Assembly: GCF_001654865.1 (NCBI RefSeq)
Contig: NZ_LXEO01000028.1
Coordinates: 28,914-52,913, forward strand
Length of the DNA: 24,000 nt
DNA from: Buttiauxella noackiae ATCC 51607
GTDB lineage: Bacteria; Pseudomonadota; Gammaproteobacteria; Enterobacterales; Enterobacteriaceae
Reading direction: 5' to 3'
Positions within the stretch are counted from its first letter, which is position 1. Each line of letters begins with the position of its first letter. The position numbers and the translations under genes were made by a program. Under the pieces are notes generated by a model. That model made no database searches and had not been told where the DNA came from. It saw only the letters and a list, made by a program, of their open reading frames with translations. Shown here piece after piece: positions 1-10,320 of the stretch.

Positions 1-95
1 GGCGGCACACCATCAACGATGCAACCCAGCGCGATACCATGGGATTCACCAAATGTCGTTACGCGAAATACTTGTCCGATAGAGTTTCCTGCCAT
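1..95 (-). CDS. aroC: Chorismate synthase, N-terminal 31 codons only (gene continues beyond the left edge)
   Basis: Reverse complement of 1..95 reads ATG GCA GGA AAC ... = [31 protein letters not shown], the conserved AroC N-terminus. A taaggag RBS lies upstream on the minus strand. The position next to prmB matches K-12. Confidence 0.85.
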   Translation of the reverse strand, partial: MAGNSIGQVFRVTTFGESHGIALGCIVDGVP

Positions 96-136
96 TTTTC
101 ACGGCTCCTTACCGTTGTCATTTTTGTTGTGTTGTA

Positions 137-167
137 AGCAAAAGAAGACGGGCCGTAAGGCCCGTCT
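137..167 (-). terminator. Stem-loop with T-run between prmB stop and aroC start (possible partial terminator)
   Basis: The 146..167 palindrome agacgggcc-gtaa-ggcccgtct is followed on the minus strand by tcttttgc. Confidence 0.5.
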
Positions 168-173
168 ACACGA

Positions 174-1106
174 TTAGTCTTTGTAAATGCTGAAATGTTC
201 ACGTGCATCGATAAGCTGCGATTTAGTCAGCATAAACACGCCGTCACCGCCGTTATCGAACTCAAGCCAGGTGAACGGAACATCAGGATACTGATCCATC
301 AGATGCACCATGCTGTTCCCAACTTCACAAATCAGGATGCCGCCATCGGCCAGATAGTCCGGCGCACACGCCAGGATACGACGCGCCAGTTTCAGGCCAT
401 CTGTACCGGCAGCTAAACCTAATTCAGGCTCGAAGCGGAACTCGCCCGGCAGGTCAGACATATCTTCCGCATCCACATACGGTGGATTAGTGACGATAAT
501 GTCGTACTGCACTTTTGGCAGGTCACGGAACAGGTCGGAACGCATTGGCGTTACCTGGCTTTCCAGGCCGTGCTCAGCGATGTTTTGCTCAGCTACTGCC
601 AGCGCATCAAGAGAAATATCGACCGCATCCACTTCCGCATTCTGGAATTCGTAAGCACAGGCGATAGCGATACAGCCGCTGCCAGTACACATATCAAGAA
701 TATGGTGTGGTTCCTGGTCGAAAAGGCCAGCAAAACGGTTGGTGATCAGCTCACCAATCGGGGAACGTGGAACCAAAACACGCTCATCTACATAAAACTC
801 ATGGCCGCAGAACCAGGCTTTGTTGGTCAGATAGGCCACCGGGATACGCTCATTAACGCGGCGAATAACACGCTCAACGATGCGATGACGCTCGCTAGGC
901 GTCAGACGTGCGGTGCGCATATCTTCAGGAATATCCAGCGGCAGATAGAGGCTTGGCAGCACTAACTGAACGGCTTCGTCCCACGGATTATCCGTGCCGT
1001 GGCCATACCAGACATTGGCGGCGCTAAAACGACTGACTGCCCAGCGCAGCATATCCTGAATGGTGTGCAGCTCATTAACTGCCTCATCGACGAAAATTTT
1101 ATCCAC
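174..1106 (-). CDS. prmB: Ribosomal protein uL3 glutamine N5-methyltransferase
   Basis: The 310-aa ORF has the SAM motif [12 protein letters not shown] and the NPPY catalytic motif (VTNPPYV). The full-length sequence resembles E. coli PrmB/YfcB. Confidence 0.92.
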   Translation of the reverse strand: MDKIFVDEAVNELHTIQDMLRWAVSRFSAANVWYGHGTDNPWDEAVQLVLPSLYLPLDIPEDMRTARLTPSERHRIVERVIRRVNERIPVAYLTNKAWFCGHEFYVDERVLVPRSPIGELITNRFAGLFDQEPHHILDMCTGSGCIAIACAYEFQNAEVDAVDISLDALAVAEQNIAEHGLESQVTPMRSDLFRDLPKVQYDIIVTNPPYVDAEDMSDLPGEFRFEPELGLAAGTDGLKLARRILACAPDYLADGGILICEVGNSMVHLMDQYPDVPFTWLEFDNGGDGVFMLTKSQLIDAREHFSIYKD

Positions 1107-1277
1107 GTTGCCCTCCGCAGGCCGTTCGCGCTAATTCAATAATCGATTAGTTTGCCATGAAGGCCGCGACAAATCAGCATTTCAATCACTGACACTGCGG
1201 TGAAAATTGCGTTTTATTTAGCGATGGACGACAAACCAGGTAAACTGGCGCTAATGCAGATGCGAGACGAGAAACAG

Positions 1278-1829
1278 ATGAAGAAGAAAAATCCGCTCAG
1301 CGCTGACGATCAGAACCTTTTCCGTGATCTGATGAGCGGCACAAAAAAATTAACTCAGGACACCATTGTTCACCGTCCAATGCGCAAGAAGGTGCAGGAA
1401 GTTCCGGTGAAACGGCTGTTGCAAGAGCAGGTTGATGCCAGCCACTATTTTTCTGATGAATTCCAGCCGCGTCTGGCGACGGAAGGCCCTACACGCTATG
1501 TACGCGAAGACGTCAGCCATTTTGAGCTGAAAAAAATACGTCGCGGAGATTATTCGCCAGAGTTATTCCTCGATTTGCATGGCCTCACACAGATGCAGGC
1601 AAAACAAGAATTAGGCGCGTTGATTGCGGCCTGTCGGCGTGAGCATGTTTTTTGTGCCTGTGTTATGCATGGGCATGGTAAGCATGTGCTGAAGCAGCAA
1701 ACGCCGCTGTGGCTGGCACAGCACCCACACATCATGGCATTTCACCAGGCACCAAAAGAGTACGGCGGTGATGCGGCTTTGCTGGTGTTGATTGAAATCG
1801 AAGAATGGCTTCCGCCGGAGTTGCCTTAA
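1278..1829 (+). CDS. smrB: Smr-domain ribosome-rescue endonuclease SmrB (YfcN)
   Basis: The ORF 1200..1829 contains [12 protein letters not shown]...LDLHGLT...HGHGKHVLK...EEWLPPELP. Starting at the ATG at 1278 gives 183 aa, matching the E. coli SmrB length and N-terminus. The GTG at 1200 is probably not used. Confidence 0.85.
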   Translation: MKKKNPLSADDQNLFRDLMSGTKKLTQDTIVHRPMRKKVQEVPVKRLLQEQVDASHYFSDEFQPRLATEGPTRYVREDVSHFELKKIRRGDYSPELFLDLHGLTQMQAKQELGALIAACRREHVFCACVMHGHGKHVLKQQTPLWLAQHPHIMAFHQAPKEYGGDAALLVLIEIEEWLPPELP

Positions 1830-1835
1830 GATTAT

Positions 1836-1906
1836 GTCGGATGACGCTGCGCTTATCCGACCTACGGTTTTGATTTTGTAGGGTGGATAAGCGCAGCGTC
1901 ATCCAC
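1836..1906. repeat. Pair of inverted REP (repetitive extragenic palindromic) units, BIME-like
   Basis: The units are gtcggatgacgctgcgcttatccgacctac (1836-1865) and gtagggtggataagcgcagcgtcatccac (1878-1906). Each is an imperfect palindrome, they lie in opposite orientation, and related copies occur at 14270-14358. Confidence 0.8.
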
Positions 1907-1937
1907 CAAAACCGTATCGTATGATCGTACAAATAAT

Positions 1938-1965
1938 AAGAGCCGCATTGCGCGGCTCTTTTTTC
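1938..1965. terminator. Bidirectional rho-independent terminator between convergent smrB and sixA
   Basis: The hairpin aagagccgc-attgc-gcggctctt is followed by tttt on the plus strand. An A-rich run upstream gives a T-run on the minus strand. Confidence 0.8.
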
Positions 1966-1978
1966 ATGCTTACGGCTT

Positions 1979-2467
1979 TCAGATAGCTTTAGCGACCTTC
2001 AAATTACACGGGCTCATCTGCCAGTTGAACACCCCTTTCCCTGTTTCAGGATCAAGAGTGACATTAGCAATGGCCGAGGTACTGAACATCGGTGGTGTTT
2101 CCTCTGGGCAAAGCTCAGACACCAAATAACCGACTAGCGGTAGATGAGAAATCACCAGCGCCGACTCAACCCCTTCATTGGCAAGGGCTTGCAAATAGCA
2201 GCTCACCAGGCCCACATCGCCGCACGGCGTCAATTCCGGCAGAATGTCTTCTTTACCTGGAAGAACCAGTGCTTCCCGCACTACATCCAGGGTTTGTTCG
2301 GCTCGCAGATAAGGGCTCACCAGAACACGTTCGATATCCACAACCTGACCTTTCAACCAGGTCGCCATTACTCGGGATTCATCACAACCACACTGGGTGA
2401 GTGGACGTACCGAGTCACTGGCGGCATTGAGTGCTGCGTCGCCGTGACGCATGATAAAAACTTGCAT
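1979..2467 (-). CDS. sixA: Phosphohistidine phosphatase SixA
   Basis: The 162-aa ORF begins MQVFIMRHGDA, carrying the RHG catalytic motif of the histidine phosphatase superfamily. It is colinear with E. coli SixA and ends ...WQMSPCNLKVAKAI. Confidence 0.92.
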   Translation of the reverse strand: MQVFIMRHGDAALNAASDSVRPLTQCGCDESRVMATWLKGQVVDIERVLVSPYLRAEQTLDVVREALVLPGKEDILPELTPCGDVGLVSCYLQALANEGVESALVISHLPLVGYLVSELCPEETPPMFSTSAIANVTLDPETGKGVFNWQMSPCNLKVAKAI

Positions 2468-2654
2468 ATTGCACCGCTTTTGTTAACCAGGAATGCTTGA
2501 ATTCCCCTGAAATCTGAGAGGAGAAATTCAGCAGCCGGGCATTGTGCCTTATCCGTACATCGAATGAAACGCTGTTTTTTACCTCAATGGTGCAAGTATA
2601 GTCAATCACTGTTTATTAAGTGAGCGACCAGCATCCATTCACCGAATCATATAA

Positions 2655-4814
2655 TCATGATTCTTTGACTACATTTCCTTCACCGGGGTTCACTTTCCCC
2701 CAGAAATTTCGTTGCTCTTCCACCATTTGTAAAAGTCTTTCACAAGGAGTAAAACGCTCCCCGTATTGACTGGCCAGGCGTTGCAGTTGTGCGACGACTT
2801 CACCCGCCCCCAGGGTATCCATATAGCGGAACGGGCCACCAAGGAACGGTGGAAAACCAATACCAAACACGCCACCGATGTCACCATCGCGGGCACTGCG
2901 AACAACACCTTCATCGAGGCATCGAGCCGCTTCATTAAGCATCATCATCACGCAGCGTTGTGCGATCTCTTTTTCTGCTATCTGCCCTTTGGATGAAACG
3001 CCGAGAAGAGTGTAGATTGCAGGGTCGACCTGCTTTTTGCTTCTACTCCCTTTCCCCGAATAAAGATAGAAACCCCGCCCGTTTTTTCTACCTTTGCGAT
3101 CGTCATTCAAGATTGCTGCAATTTCTGACGGCGCTGCAAAACGATCTCCGTAAGCTTGCTGAAGTATAGGACTAATTTTAGTGCCTACATCAATTCCCAC
3201 CTCATCCAAAAGTTGGATTGGGCCGACAGGAAAACCAAACGCCACCAACGCATTATCAATTTTATCAGCAGGCTCCCCTTCCACGAGGCAACGCATCGCC
3301 TCGTTAACGTAAGGTGCCAGAATACGGTTGACGTAAAACCCTGCGCTGTCACCGACAACAATCGGGGTTTTGCCTTGTTTTTTGGCAAGCACAACTGTCG
3401 TGGAAATGGTTTCTGCACTGGTTCCTGCATGTGGAATCACTTCCACTAATGGCATTTTATCGACCGGACTGAAGTAATGCAGGCCAATCACTTGCTCTGG
3501 ACGTGTGGCGTTAGCTGCAATATCTGCGATTGGCAGAGAAGATGTGTTAGAAGCAAAAATGGTATGCGGTGAGGCATTTTGTTCTATCTCCGCGACCATC
3601 TTTTGTTTAAGCGCGAGATCTTCAAAAACCGCTTCCACGACGATATCGCGGTTATGGAATCCGTGATAATCGGTACCACCGGAGATACGCGCCATTTCAC
3701 GCTGGCGCTCAGCCGCTTTCATATGTCGGCGGCGTACTTTTTTATCCAGCAAGTCCCAGCTGTATTTCAACGCATGGTTAATGCCATCGTTATTAATGTC
3801 TTTGATGCGTACGGGCAATTTACCTTTAGTCGCAGTGACAAAAGCAATCCCTCCGCCCATTAATCCTCCACCTAACACACCTACTGCATTTATAGCTCGT
3901 GGTTGTGCATCTGCTCCATGTTCTTTTTTAAGCTCGGTACTGGCAAAGAATAATCCGCGCAGAGCCACCGATTGCGGGGTCATCGCCAACTCGCCAAAGG
4001 CTTTTGCTTCCGCCTCGTATCCGCTAAAGCTCCCCTGCCCGAGGCCAATCTTAATCACGTCGATAATGCGCTGGGTGGCGGGATAATTACCGTGAGTTTT
4101 TTGCTCGGTTTTCTTACTCACCATGCTGAACAATAAAGTACGCCCAAGCGGGCCGGCTAAAATACGCTCACGAATCGGCAATGTTCGCGATGCCTGGCGA
4201 CCTTTGCCCACCAGCTCAACGGCTGCCGCCAGCAGAATTGACTGTGGCACAACTTCATCCACCAGCCCCAATTTCAGCGCCTGGCGTGGACGTAATTGTT
4301 TACCGGTCAAAATCATATCAAGAGCGTTACTAACGCCAATCAGACGTGGCAAACGCTGCGTTCCACCAGAACCTGGCAACAACCCAAGCTGTACTTCTGG
4401 CAAACCCAATTTTGTTTTTTCATCGTCGGTACAAATACGCGAATGGCAGGCAAGAGCCAATTCCAGGCCGCCGCCAAGACAAGCGCCATGAATCGCCGCA
4501 ACTACCGGAATCGGCAAGGCAGCAATTTCAGCCATAATTTGCTGCCCCTGATGTGCCAGGGTTTGTGCCTCAAGTGCCGTCTGGCAACTGGCAATCATGT
4601 TGATATCAGCGCCCGCAATAAAGTTATCCGGCTTGCCAGAGATAAATATCAGCCCCTGCAATGCCGTGTTATCACGAACCTGTTTAATGATGTTATGCAC
4701 TTCCGGGCCGAACGACGCTTTCAGCGTGTTCATCTTTTCGCCAGGCACATCAATCGTCACGATGGCGATATTGTCGAGGCGGATATGTAAGTGGAAAGCA
4801 GAAGTCTGTTCCAT
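2655..4814 (-). CDS. fadJ: Anaerobic fatty-acid oxidation complex alpha subunit (enoyl-CoA hydratase / 3-hydroxyacyl-CoA dehydrogenase)
   Basis: The 719-aa ORF has an N-terminal crotonase fold ([19 protein letters not shown]) and a central Rossmann motif [13 protein letters not shown]. It is colinear with E. coli FadJ/YfcX, and its start overlaps the fadI stop (TAATG). Confidence 0.95.
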   Translation of the reverse strand: MEQTSAFHLHIRLDNIAIVTIDVPGEKMNTLKASFGPEVHNIIKQVRDNTALQGLIFISGKPDNFIAGADINMIASCQTALEAQTLAHQGQQIMAEIAALPIPVVAAIHGACLGGGLELALACHSRICTDDEKTKLGLPEVQLGLLPGSGGTQRLPRLIGVSNALDMILTGKQLRPRQALKLGLVDEVVPQSILLAAAVELVGKGRQASRTLPIRERILAGPLGRTLLFSMVSKKTEQKTHGNYPATQRIIDVIKIGLGQGSFSGYEAEAKAFGELAMTPQSVALRGLFFASTELKKEHGADAQPRAINAVGVLGGGLMGGGIAFVTATKGKLPVRIKDINNDGINHALKYSWDLLDKKVRRRHMKAAERQREMARISGGTDYHGFHNRDIVVEAVFEDLALKQKMVAEIEQNASPHTIFASNTSSLPIADIAANATRPEQVIGLHYFSPVDKMPLVEVIPHAGTSAETISTTVVLAKKQGKTPIVVGDSAGFYVNRILAPYVNEAMRCLVEGEPADKIDNALVAFGFPVGPIQLLDEVGIDVGTKISPILQQAYGDRFAAPSEIAAILNDDRKGRKNGRGFYLYSGKGSRSKKQVDPAIYTLLGVSSKGQIAEKEIAQRCVMMMLNEAARCLDEGVVRSARDGDIGGVFGIGFPPFLGGPFRYMDTLGAGEVVAQLQRLASQYGERFTPCERLLQMVEEQRNFWGKVNPGEGNVVKES

Positions 4815-6124
4815 TATTCGGCCTCCAGAACCATTGCAGCACCCAGGCCCCCTGCGGCGCAGGCAGTCACCAGACCAAAACCTCCGCCGCGACGACGCAG
4901 CTCATGGAGCGTTTGCGTAATCATTCGCGCACCTGTTGCGGCAAATGGATGCCCGTAAGCAATCGAGCCACCCAGCACGTTAAATTTCGCATCGTCAACT
5001 TCCCCCGTGGCATGGGCGCGGCCCAATACATCACGCGCAAAACGCTCGCTGGCCAGCATTTTCAGATTAGCCAGCGTTTGCGCGGCAAAGGCTTCATGCA
5101 TATCGAAAAGCGTCAGATCATTCAAGGTGATGCCCGCTCGCTCAAGCGCCAGCGGCGTTGCCCACGCAGGGCCCAACAGCATATCTTTCCAGACATCAAC
5201 CGCGGTAAACGCGTAGCTGCGTAAGTAACCTAATGGCTTCAAACCCAACTCTTTGGCACGGGATTCCGTCATTAAAATAATGGCTGCCGCACCATCGGTT
5301 AGCGGTGTGCTATTTGCAGCGGTGACCGTACCGTGTTTGCGATCGAAGGCTGGTCGCAGCTTCGCGTAATCAGCAATTGAGGAGTTTTGGCGGACGTTGT
5401 TATCTTCATTGAAAGGCTGGCGATATGGCGGGATAAAGGCTGTCATCACCTCATCAGCCAGTTTACCTTCTCTCCAGGCATTAGCCGCTTTGGTGTGGGA
5501 ACGATGTGCGAGCGCATCTTGTTGCTCACGTGTAATCCCGTGAGTTTTCGCCATTTGCTCGGCAGTGTCCCCCATCCGTAAACCTGTTGAATATTCAGCA
5601 ACAGCGGGCGGCACCGGCAATAAATCACGCGGGCGTAAACGAGAAAACAATTTTAAACGCTGGCCCAGGGTACGCGCTTTATTCACATCCACTAATGTGC
5701 GGCCTAGCTTCTTACTAACGCCAATCGGCAGTACCGATGATGAGTCGGCACCACCAGCGATACCCGCTCGGATAGTACCCGCCATGAGGCTTTCAGCCAC
5801 ATTCGCTACGGCCTGGAAGCTGGTCGCACACGCACGACTCACGCTATAAGCGTCGGTATGCACGCTCATCCCGGTACCGAGGACAATTTCGCGAGCAATG
5901 TTTGGTGCTTCCGGCATCTGGACGACCTGGCCGAAAACTAGCTGTTCGATAATTTCTGGGGGGATTTCGCTACGTGCCAACAATTCGCTGACCACCATAT
6001 TGCCGAGATCCACAGCAGGTATGCCGTGAAATGCCGTAGCCTGACGGGCAAACGGTGTTCGTAACCCACTAACAATGGCAATGCGATCACCCTGACGGGT
6101 CACCAGCGGAAGTGCCTGACTCAT
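4814..6124 (-). CDS. fadI: 3-ketoacyl-CoA thiolase FadI (anaerobic beta-oxidation beta subunit)
   Basis: This thiolase-family ORF starts at the internal ATG at 6124 ([28 protein letters not shown]), preceded by a ggggag RBS. That start gives 436 aa, as in E. coli FadI. The ORF-track start at 6181 adds 19 unconserved residues. Confidence 0.92.
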   Translation of the reverse strand: MSQALPLVTRQGDRIAIVSGLRTPFARQATAFHGIPAVDLGNMVVSELLARSEIPPEIIEQLVFGQVVQMPEAPNIAREIVLGTGMSVHTDAYSVSRACATSFQAVANVAESLMAGTIRAGIAGGADSSSVLPIGVSKKLGRTLVDVNKARTLGQRLKLFSRLRPRDLLPVPPAVAEYSTGLRMGDTAEQMAKTHGITREQQDALAHRSHTKAANAWREGKLADEVMTAFIPPYRQPFNEDNNVRQNSSIADYAKLRPAFDRKHGTVTAANSTPLTDGAAAIILMTESRAKELGLKPLGYLRSYAFTAVDVWKDMLLGPAWATPLALERAGITLNDLTLFDMHEAFAAQTLANLKMLASERFARDVLGRAHATGEVDDAKFNVLGGSIAYGHPFAATGARMITQTLHELRRRGGGFGLVTACAAGGLGAAMVLEAE

Positions 6125-6283
6125 AACGCTCCCCTGTTCTACCCGGCATACTTCAAATTGTGTGGGATTGGCTACACTCACAAACCCTAGTCACTTACTT
6201 TAGTAAGCTTCTGGTGGAGATTTGCTCCCTCGCCGCCTGGCCACAATCTGAACTATTTGGGTATAAAATTTGTAAATGACCAT

Positions 6284-6300
6284 TAGTGGTCTGACCTGAT
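6284..6300. promoter_or_regulatory. Candidate FadR operator in the fadIJ promoter region
   Basis: The sequence tagTGGTCtGACCtgat matches the FadR core consensus (C)TGGTCnGAC(C). It lies about 160 nt upstream of the fadI start. Confidence 0.6.
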
Positions 6301-6383
6301 CACAGTTTTAACCAAAAAGTTACAATCAGCCAACCGGGGGACTAAAAATTTGGGAGGGGGAACACGCTTTAAGAGAGGAAAAT

Positions 6384-6407
6384 GGTGCTCTTACAGATAA
6401 GAGCACC
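6384..6407 (-). terminator. Rho-independent terminator of yfcZ
   Basis: The hairpin ggtgctctt-acagat-aagagcacc lies 9 nt after the yfcZ stop. The minus strand continues attttcctctc. Confidence 0.6.
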
Positions 6408-6415
6408 AGGAAATA

Positions 6416-6700
6416 TTAACGCAGGCCCAGCTGGAAGATCATGGTTTCAGCCTGGCAGCTGAAAGTGAAATCGATATCCAGACGAATGCCATCAGCTTCT
6501 TCGGTATAACGCGGAACAATCTGGCAAGGTTCAGATTCTGCTGCACGAGCTTTTTCACTCAGTGCTGCCAGAGTTTCGTCAGCTTCAGCGCGGGTTGCGA
6601 ACACACGGCTATATGTCGCTGTGCAGTCGGTGTTATCGATGATCGAGCCGACATCAATACAGCAGCAAACCGGGGTTTCATCAGCAGTGTTCTTACTCAT
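6416..6700 (-). CDS. yfcZ: UPF0381 family protein YfcZ
   Basis: The 94-aa ORF MSKNTADETPVCCCIDVG...FQLGLR is colinear with E. coli YfcZ. Its position between fadI and fadL is also the same. Confidence 0.9.
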   Translation of the reverse strand: MSKNTADETPVCCCIDVGSIIDNTDCTATYSRVFATRAEADETLAALSEKARAAESEPCQIVPRYTEEADGIRLDIDFTFSCQAETMIFQLGLR

Positions 6701-6945
6701 TTTATGATTTCCTCTGTATTTAAAAGCAAAATTTTTTCAACGAATCTTGTCTATTTTACGCTCCCTGTTGAAGCGACTCCAGTCGTTAATCTTGTCAAAA
6801 TCTACAAGTGACCCAAATCACACTTAAAAATGATCTGAAACAAGATTCACCCGATTTGCTAGTGATGAACGCCTCGATTTTGCCAGGCAGATCTCGTTTC
6901 AGTGATCAAGTTTGAAAATTATTGGATACAAACTTGCAACATCCT

Positions 6946-6962
6946 ATCTGGTCAGACCTATA
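6946..6962. promoter_or_regulatory. FadR operator 1 of the fadL promoter
   Basis: atCTGGTCaGACCtata closely resembles the known E. coli fadL FadR site (agCTGGTCcGACCtata). Confidence 0.7.
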
Positions 6963-6969
6963 CTCTCGC

Positions 6970-6986
6970 CACTGGTCTGCTTTCTC
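6970..6986. promoter_or_regulatory. FadR operator 2 of the fadL promoter
   Basis: caCTGGTCtGctttctc lies 7 nt after operator 1, the same tandem arrangement as in E. coli fadL. Confidence 0.6.
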
Positions 6987-7074
6987 TGTAACAGATCAGC
7001 CCCTACTATTCGCGCTCCTGTTACGGTATGTAACATTGTTTGTATAAAAATAAATCCAATATGAGGTTTTGGTC

Positions 7075-8397
7075 ATGAGCCAGAAAAACCTGTTTACAAA
7101 GTCAGCCCTAGCGGTTGCAGTGGCAATTGTCTCATCGCAGGCCTACTCAGCCGGCTTTCAATTAAACGAGTTCTCTTCCTCAGGCCTAGGCCGAGCTTAT
7201 TCAGGGGAAGGTGCCGTTGCGGATAATGCGGGCTCTGCCAGCCGTAACCCTGCAACCATCATGATGTTTGACCGCCCTTCCTTCTCCGGCGGCGCAGTAT
7301 TTGTTGATCCAGACGTTAATATTTCTGGCACATCGCCAACAGGCCGTAGTACTGACGCAGATAACATCGCGCCGACAGCCTGGGTTCCAAACCTCCACTT
7401 TGTTGCACCTATTAATGAACAATTTGGCTGGGGAGCATCTGTTACCTCTAACTATGGTTTAGCAACAGAATTCAATAACGATTACACCGCAGGCTCAATG
7501 GGCGGTAAAACCGACCTGACCACCCTGAACCTAAATCTGAGTGGTGCATACCGTTTAAATAGCAACTGGAGCTTTGGCCTGGGCTTTGATGCTGTTTACG
7601 CTAAAGCGAAAATCGAACGTTACGCAGGTGATTTAGGTCAAATCATTGCAGGCTCCGGTGCATTGCCACCTTCACTTGCTCGTCCAGTATCCCAAATCCC
7701 TGCTGACACCCAAATCGCACACCTGAAAGGCGACGAGTGGGGTTATGGCTGGAACGCCGGTATTCTCTATGAAATCGACAAGAATAACCGCTACGGCTTC
7801 ACCTACCGTTCAGAAGTCAAAATCGACTTTGACGGCGATTATAAGAGCAACCTGCCTTCAGCCTATAACCCGCTGTTGTCTAACTTCGGTTTACCGGCTG
7901 GCACCAACGGACAAACCGTTCCAGGCTCTCTGACACTGAATCTGCCAGAAATGTGGGAACTGTCCGGCTATAACAAAGTCGACCCACAGTGGGCTATCCA
8001 CTATAGCGTGACTTACACCAGTTGGAGCCAGTTCCAGGAGCTGAAGGCCACCGGTACCAACGGTCAGACTCTGTTCTATAAAGATGAAAGCTTCAAAGAT
8101 GCGTACCGTATTGCTTTAGGTACCACCTACTTTATGGATAAAAACTGGACCTTCCGTACCGGTATCGCGTTCGATGACAGCCCAGTTCCGGCAGACAAAC
8201 GTTCAATCTCTATTCCGGACCAGGATCGCTTCTGGATCAGTGCTGGTACTACCTACGCATTTAACGATGATGCTTCTGTAGACTTGGGCGTTTCCTACAT
8301 GCATGGTCAGCACGTAGAGATTAAAGAAGGCCCATATACCTTCCAGTCTGAAGGCAAAGCCTGGCTGTACGGTATGAACTTTAACTACGCATTCTGA
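7075..8397 (+). CDS. fadL: Long-chain fatty acid outer-membrane transporter FadL
   Basis: [46 protein letters not shown]... has a signal peptide, the conserved N-terminal hatch and a C-terminal ...NFNYAF beta-barrel signature. The ATG at 7075 has a gagg RBS 8 nt upstream. The track start at 7069 is a TTG. Confidence 0.93.
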   Translation: MSQKNLFTKSALAVAVAIVSSQAYSAGFQLNEFSSSGLGRAYSGEGAVADNAGSASRNPATIMMFDRPSFSGGAVFVDPDVNISGTSPTGRSTDADNIAPTAWVPNLHFVAPINEQFGWGASVTSNYGLATEFNNDYTAGSMGGKTDLTTLNLNLSGAYRLNSNWSFGLGFDAVYAKAKIERYAGDLGQIIAGSGALPPSLARPVSQIPADTQIAHLKGDEWGYGWNAGILYEIDKNNRYGFTYRSEVKIDFDGDYKSNLPSAYNPLLSNFGLPAGTNGQTVPGSLTLNLPEMWELSGYNKVDPQWAIHYSVTYTSWSQFQELKATGTNGQTLFYKDESFKDAYRIALGTTYFMDKNWTFRTGIAFDDSPVPADKRSISIPDQDRFWISAGTTYAFNDDASVDLGVSYMHGQHVEIKEGPYTFQSEGKAWLYGMNFNYAF

Positions 8398-8411
8398 TAG
8401 TTAACAGTGAC

Positions 8412-8443
8412 AAAAAAGGCGAAACCTGGGTTTCGCCTTTTTT
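8412..8443. terminator. Bidirectional rho-independent terminator between convergent fadL and mlaA
   Basis: The sequence is aaaaaa-ggcgaaac-ctgg-gtttcgcc-tttttt. Confidence 0.85.
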
Positions 8444-8465
8444 ATGTCTATGACCCACTCAATAC

Positions 8466-9224
8466 TTACTGAGAGTCGATATCTTTTAAGTCATCTTCAA
8501 TCGCGGCAGCATTCGGATTTGCTGCTGGTGAAAGCTTCCCACCGTTAGCAATAAAATCATGACGCTGGAAATAAGCTTCACGAACTGTAATGTACGGATC
8601 CGAAGATTGTTTGAGCAAACCATCAGAATCCAGCAACTGAGCACGCGTTTCGATACCTTCAACCGTCCATTTACCAATAGACATTGGCCACGTCAGCCAT
8701 GAAAGCAGCGGATAGAGCGTATCGGCATAGTCACCACCTTCATCACGCAACGTAAAGCTGCCATAGAACGGTAGCTGCACATACGGACCATAGCCAACAC
8801 CATAGTGGCCCAGCGTCGAGCCGAAACGATGAGGTTCTTCGCGCTGCAGTTTCGGGTTCGCCATACCAGCAACGTCAATCAAACCACCCATACCGAGCAA
8901 CGTGTTCAGGAAGAATCGCGTAAAGTGAACCATCCCTTGATAGGGGTCACCCTGAATAAAATAGTTCACCATCGACGCTGGTTCTTCGAGGTTGCTGGTG
9001 AAGTTACTTATCCCATTACGAGCCGGTTGCGGCACATAATCACGCCACACCACAGCCACCGGGCGCACAACATACGGGTCCAACACATTAAAGTTGAAGT
9101 TGTACATTGTACGGTTGAACCCTTCAAATGGATCCGATCGCCCTTGCGGTTGTGTATCGGCCGAACTAGCACACCCTACTAAAACCGTAGTCGCCAGTGC
9201 CAGCCCGGTCAGGCGGAAATTCAT
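8466..9224 (-). CDS. mlaA: Outer-membrane lipid asymmetry lipoprotein MlaA (VacJ)
   Basis: The 252-aa ORF has the lipobox LLVGC|ASS. It is colinear with E. coli MlaA (…DPFEGFNRTMYNFNFNVLDPY…). Confidence 0.93.
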   Translation of the reverse strand: MNFRLTGLALATTVLVGCASSADTQPQGRSDPFEGFNRTMYNFNFNVLDPYVVRPVAVVWRDYVPQPARNGISNFTSNLEEPASMVNYFIQGDPYQGMVHFTRFFLNTLLGMGGLIDVAGMANPKLQREEPHRFGSTLGHYGVGYGPYVQLPFYGSFTLRDEGGDYADTLYPLLSWLTWPMSIGKWTVEGIETRAQLLDSDGLLKQSSDPYITVREAYFQRHDFIANGGKLSPAANPNAAAIEDDLKDIDSQ

Positions 9225-9243
9225 ATATTTCTCCCTGTTATTA

Positions 9244-10320
9244 TTACTCTACGCTTTCAGCTTTAATGCCATCTTCACCAGCTTGCGCCGCTTTAGCCTG
9301 TTCGATGCTTCTTTGCACCACAGCCCGACGCTGGTCGTTTGCCGGTAAGACTTGTAGCATTATTTGCCATGCACCAATAGCTTCGCGGTAATGCTGTTGT
9401 TCAAAAGCGTTGAATGCCAGCAGGCTCAATGCGCGAATATTGGTATGATCCACCTTGAGCAATTCTCGCAAAAGATTTCCACCCAACTGGTTATCCTGCG
9501 CATCTCCACTACGGGTCAATACTTCAGCATAGCCCAGCTTTGCATTACTGTTAGTGGGCGACAGATTATACGCATGAGCAAAAGCTTGTGTAGCAGTAGA
9601 TGCATTATTCAGAACCATACCAATTCGCCCGAGCATCATCCACCCCTCAATATTGTCAGGTTCGTGCTGCAAACGGGTACGCAACCCAAGGCCAAGGTTT
9701 GCCATTTCGGGCATATTCAGCGGCTCCGCCTGTGGATCTAAAGCGCGTTGTAACAACTGTGGTGTCTGCCTGGTCACTTTTTGCCAGGCTATCACTTGCT
9801 TCCAGTCAGATGTTTTTAGATAAACTCCTACACTCACCACCACCAAAATCACCGCTCCGGGCGCAAAAAACCAGAAATGGGCTTTTCGGGTAATTGCTGG
9901 TTGAGTTTCACTTTCAGGCTCATCACTAAAGTGCACCCGCCGTTTACGGCTGCGCATGACAATCACAACCGCGCCGCCGAGAATAAACAGCCCAGGAAGC
10001 ACCCATAAAATGATAGTGGCAGGTGTTAGCGGTGGTTCGTACGTCACGAAATTACCGTAACGTTGCACCATGTAATCAATAATCTGCTGCTTCGTTTTAC
10101 CCTGCTGCATCAGTTCATAAACTTTCAGACGCATATCAGAGGCAATCATCGCATTGGAATCCGCAATGCTGTTGTTCTGGCATTTCGGGCAACGCAATTG
10201 CTCAGTGAGCTGGCGGAACTGTTGTTCTTGCGCTTCGTCTTTGAACTGGAAAGTATCTATTGCCGCGAGCACATTAAACGAGAACAAGAATGCGATGAGA
10301 AATAGCCATACGCTTTTCAT
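9244..10320 (-). CDS. ccmH: Cytochrome c-type biogenesis protein CcmH (fused CcmH/CcmI type with TPR C-terminus)
   Basis: The 358-aa ORF has a signal sequence, the LRCPKCQN (CXXC) motif, two TM segments and a TPR-like C-terminal half. It overlaps ccmG by 4 bp. Confidence 0.9.
   Translation of the reverse strand: MKSVWLFLIAFLFSFNVLAAIDTFQFKDEAQEQQFRQLTEQLRCPKCQNNSIADSNAMIASDMRLKVYELMQQGKTKQQIIDYMVQRYGNFVTYEPPLTPATIILWVLPGLFILGGAVVIVMRSRKRRVHFSDEPESETQPAITRKAHFWFFAPGAVILVVVSVGVYLKTSDWKQVIAWQKVTRQTPQLLQRALDPQAEPLNMPEMANLGLGLRTRLQHEPDNIEGWMMLGRIGMVLNNASTATQAFAHAYNLSPTNSNAKLGYAEVLTRSGDAQDNQLGGNLLRELLKVDHTNIRALSLLAFNAFEQQHYREAIGAWQIMLQVLPANDQRRAVVQRSIEQAKAAQAGEDGIKAESVE

Noticed and set aside
1200-1277. 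N-terminal extensions offered by the ORF track: smrB from GTG 1200, fadI from 6181, fadL from TTG 7069, ccmA from 15664, sgcX from TTG 17377, sgcA from GTG 20986.
   Set aside because: In each case an internal ATG with a better Shine-Dalgarno sequence reproduces the N-terminus and length of the E. coli orthologue. The extensions are not conserved-looking.
1732-1932. A 66-aa minus-strand ORF spanning the smrB 3' end and the REP pair.
   Set aside because: It is composed largely of translated REP palindromes and overlaps smrB. This is a known artefact type.
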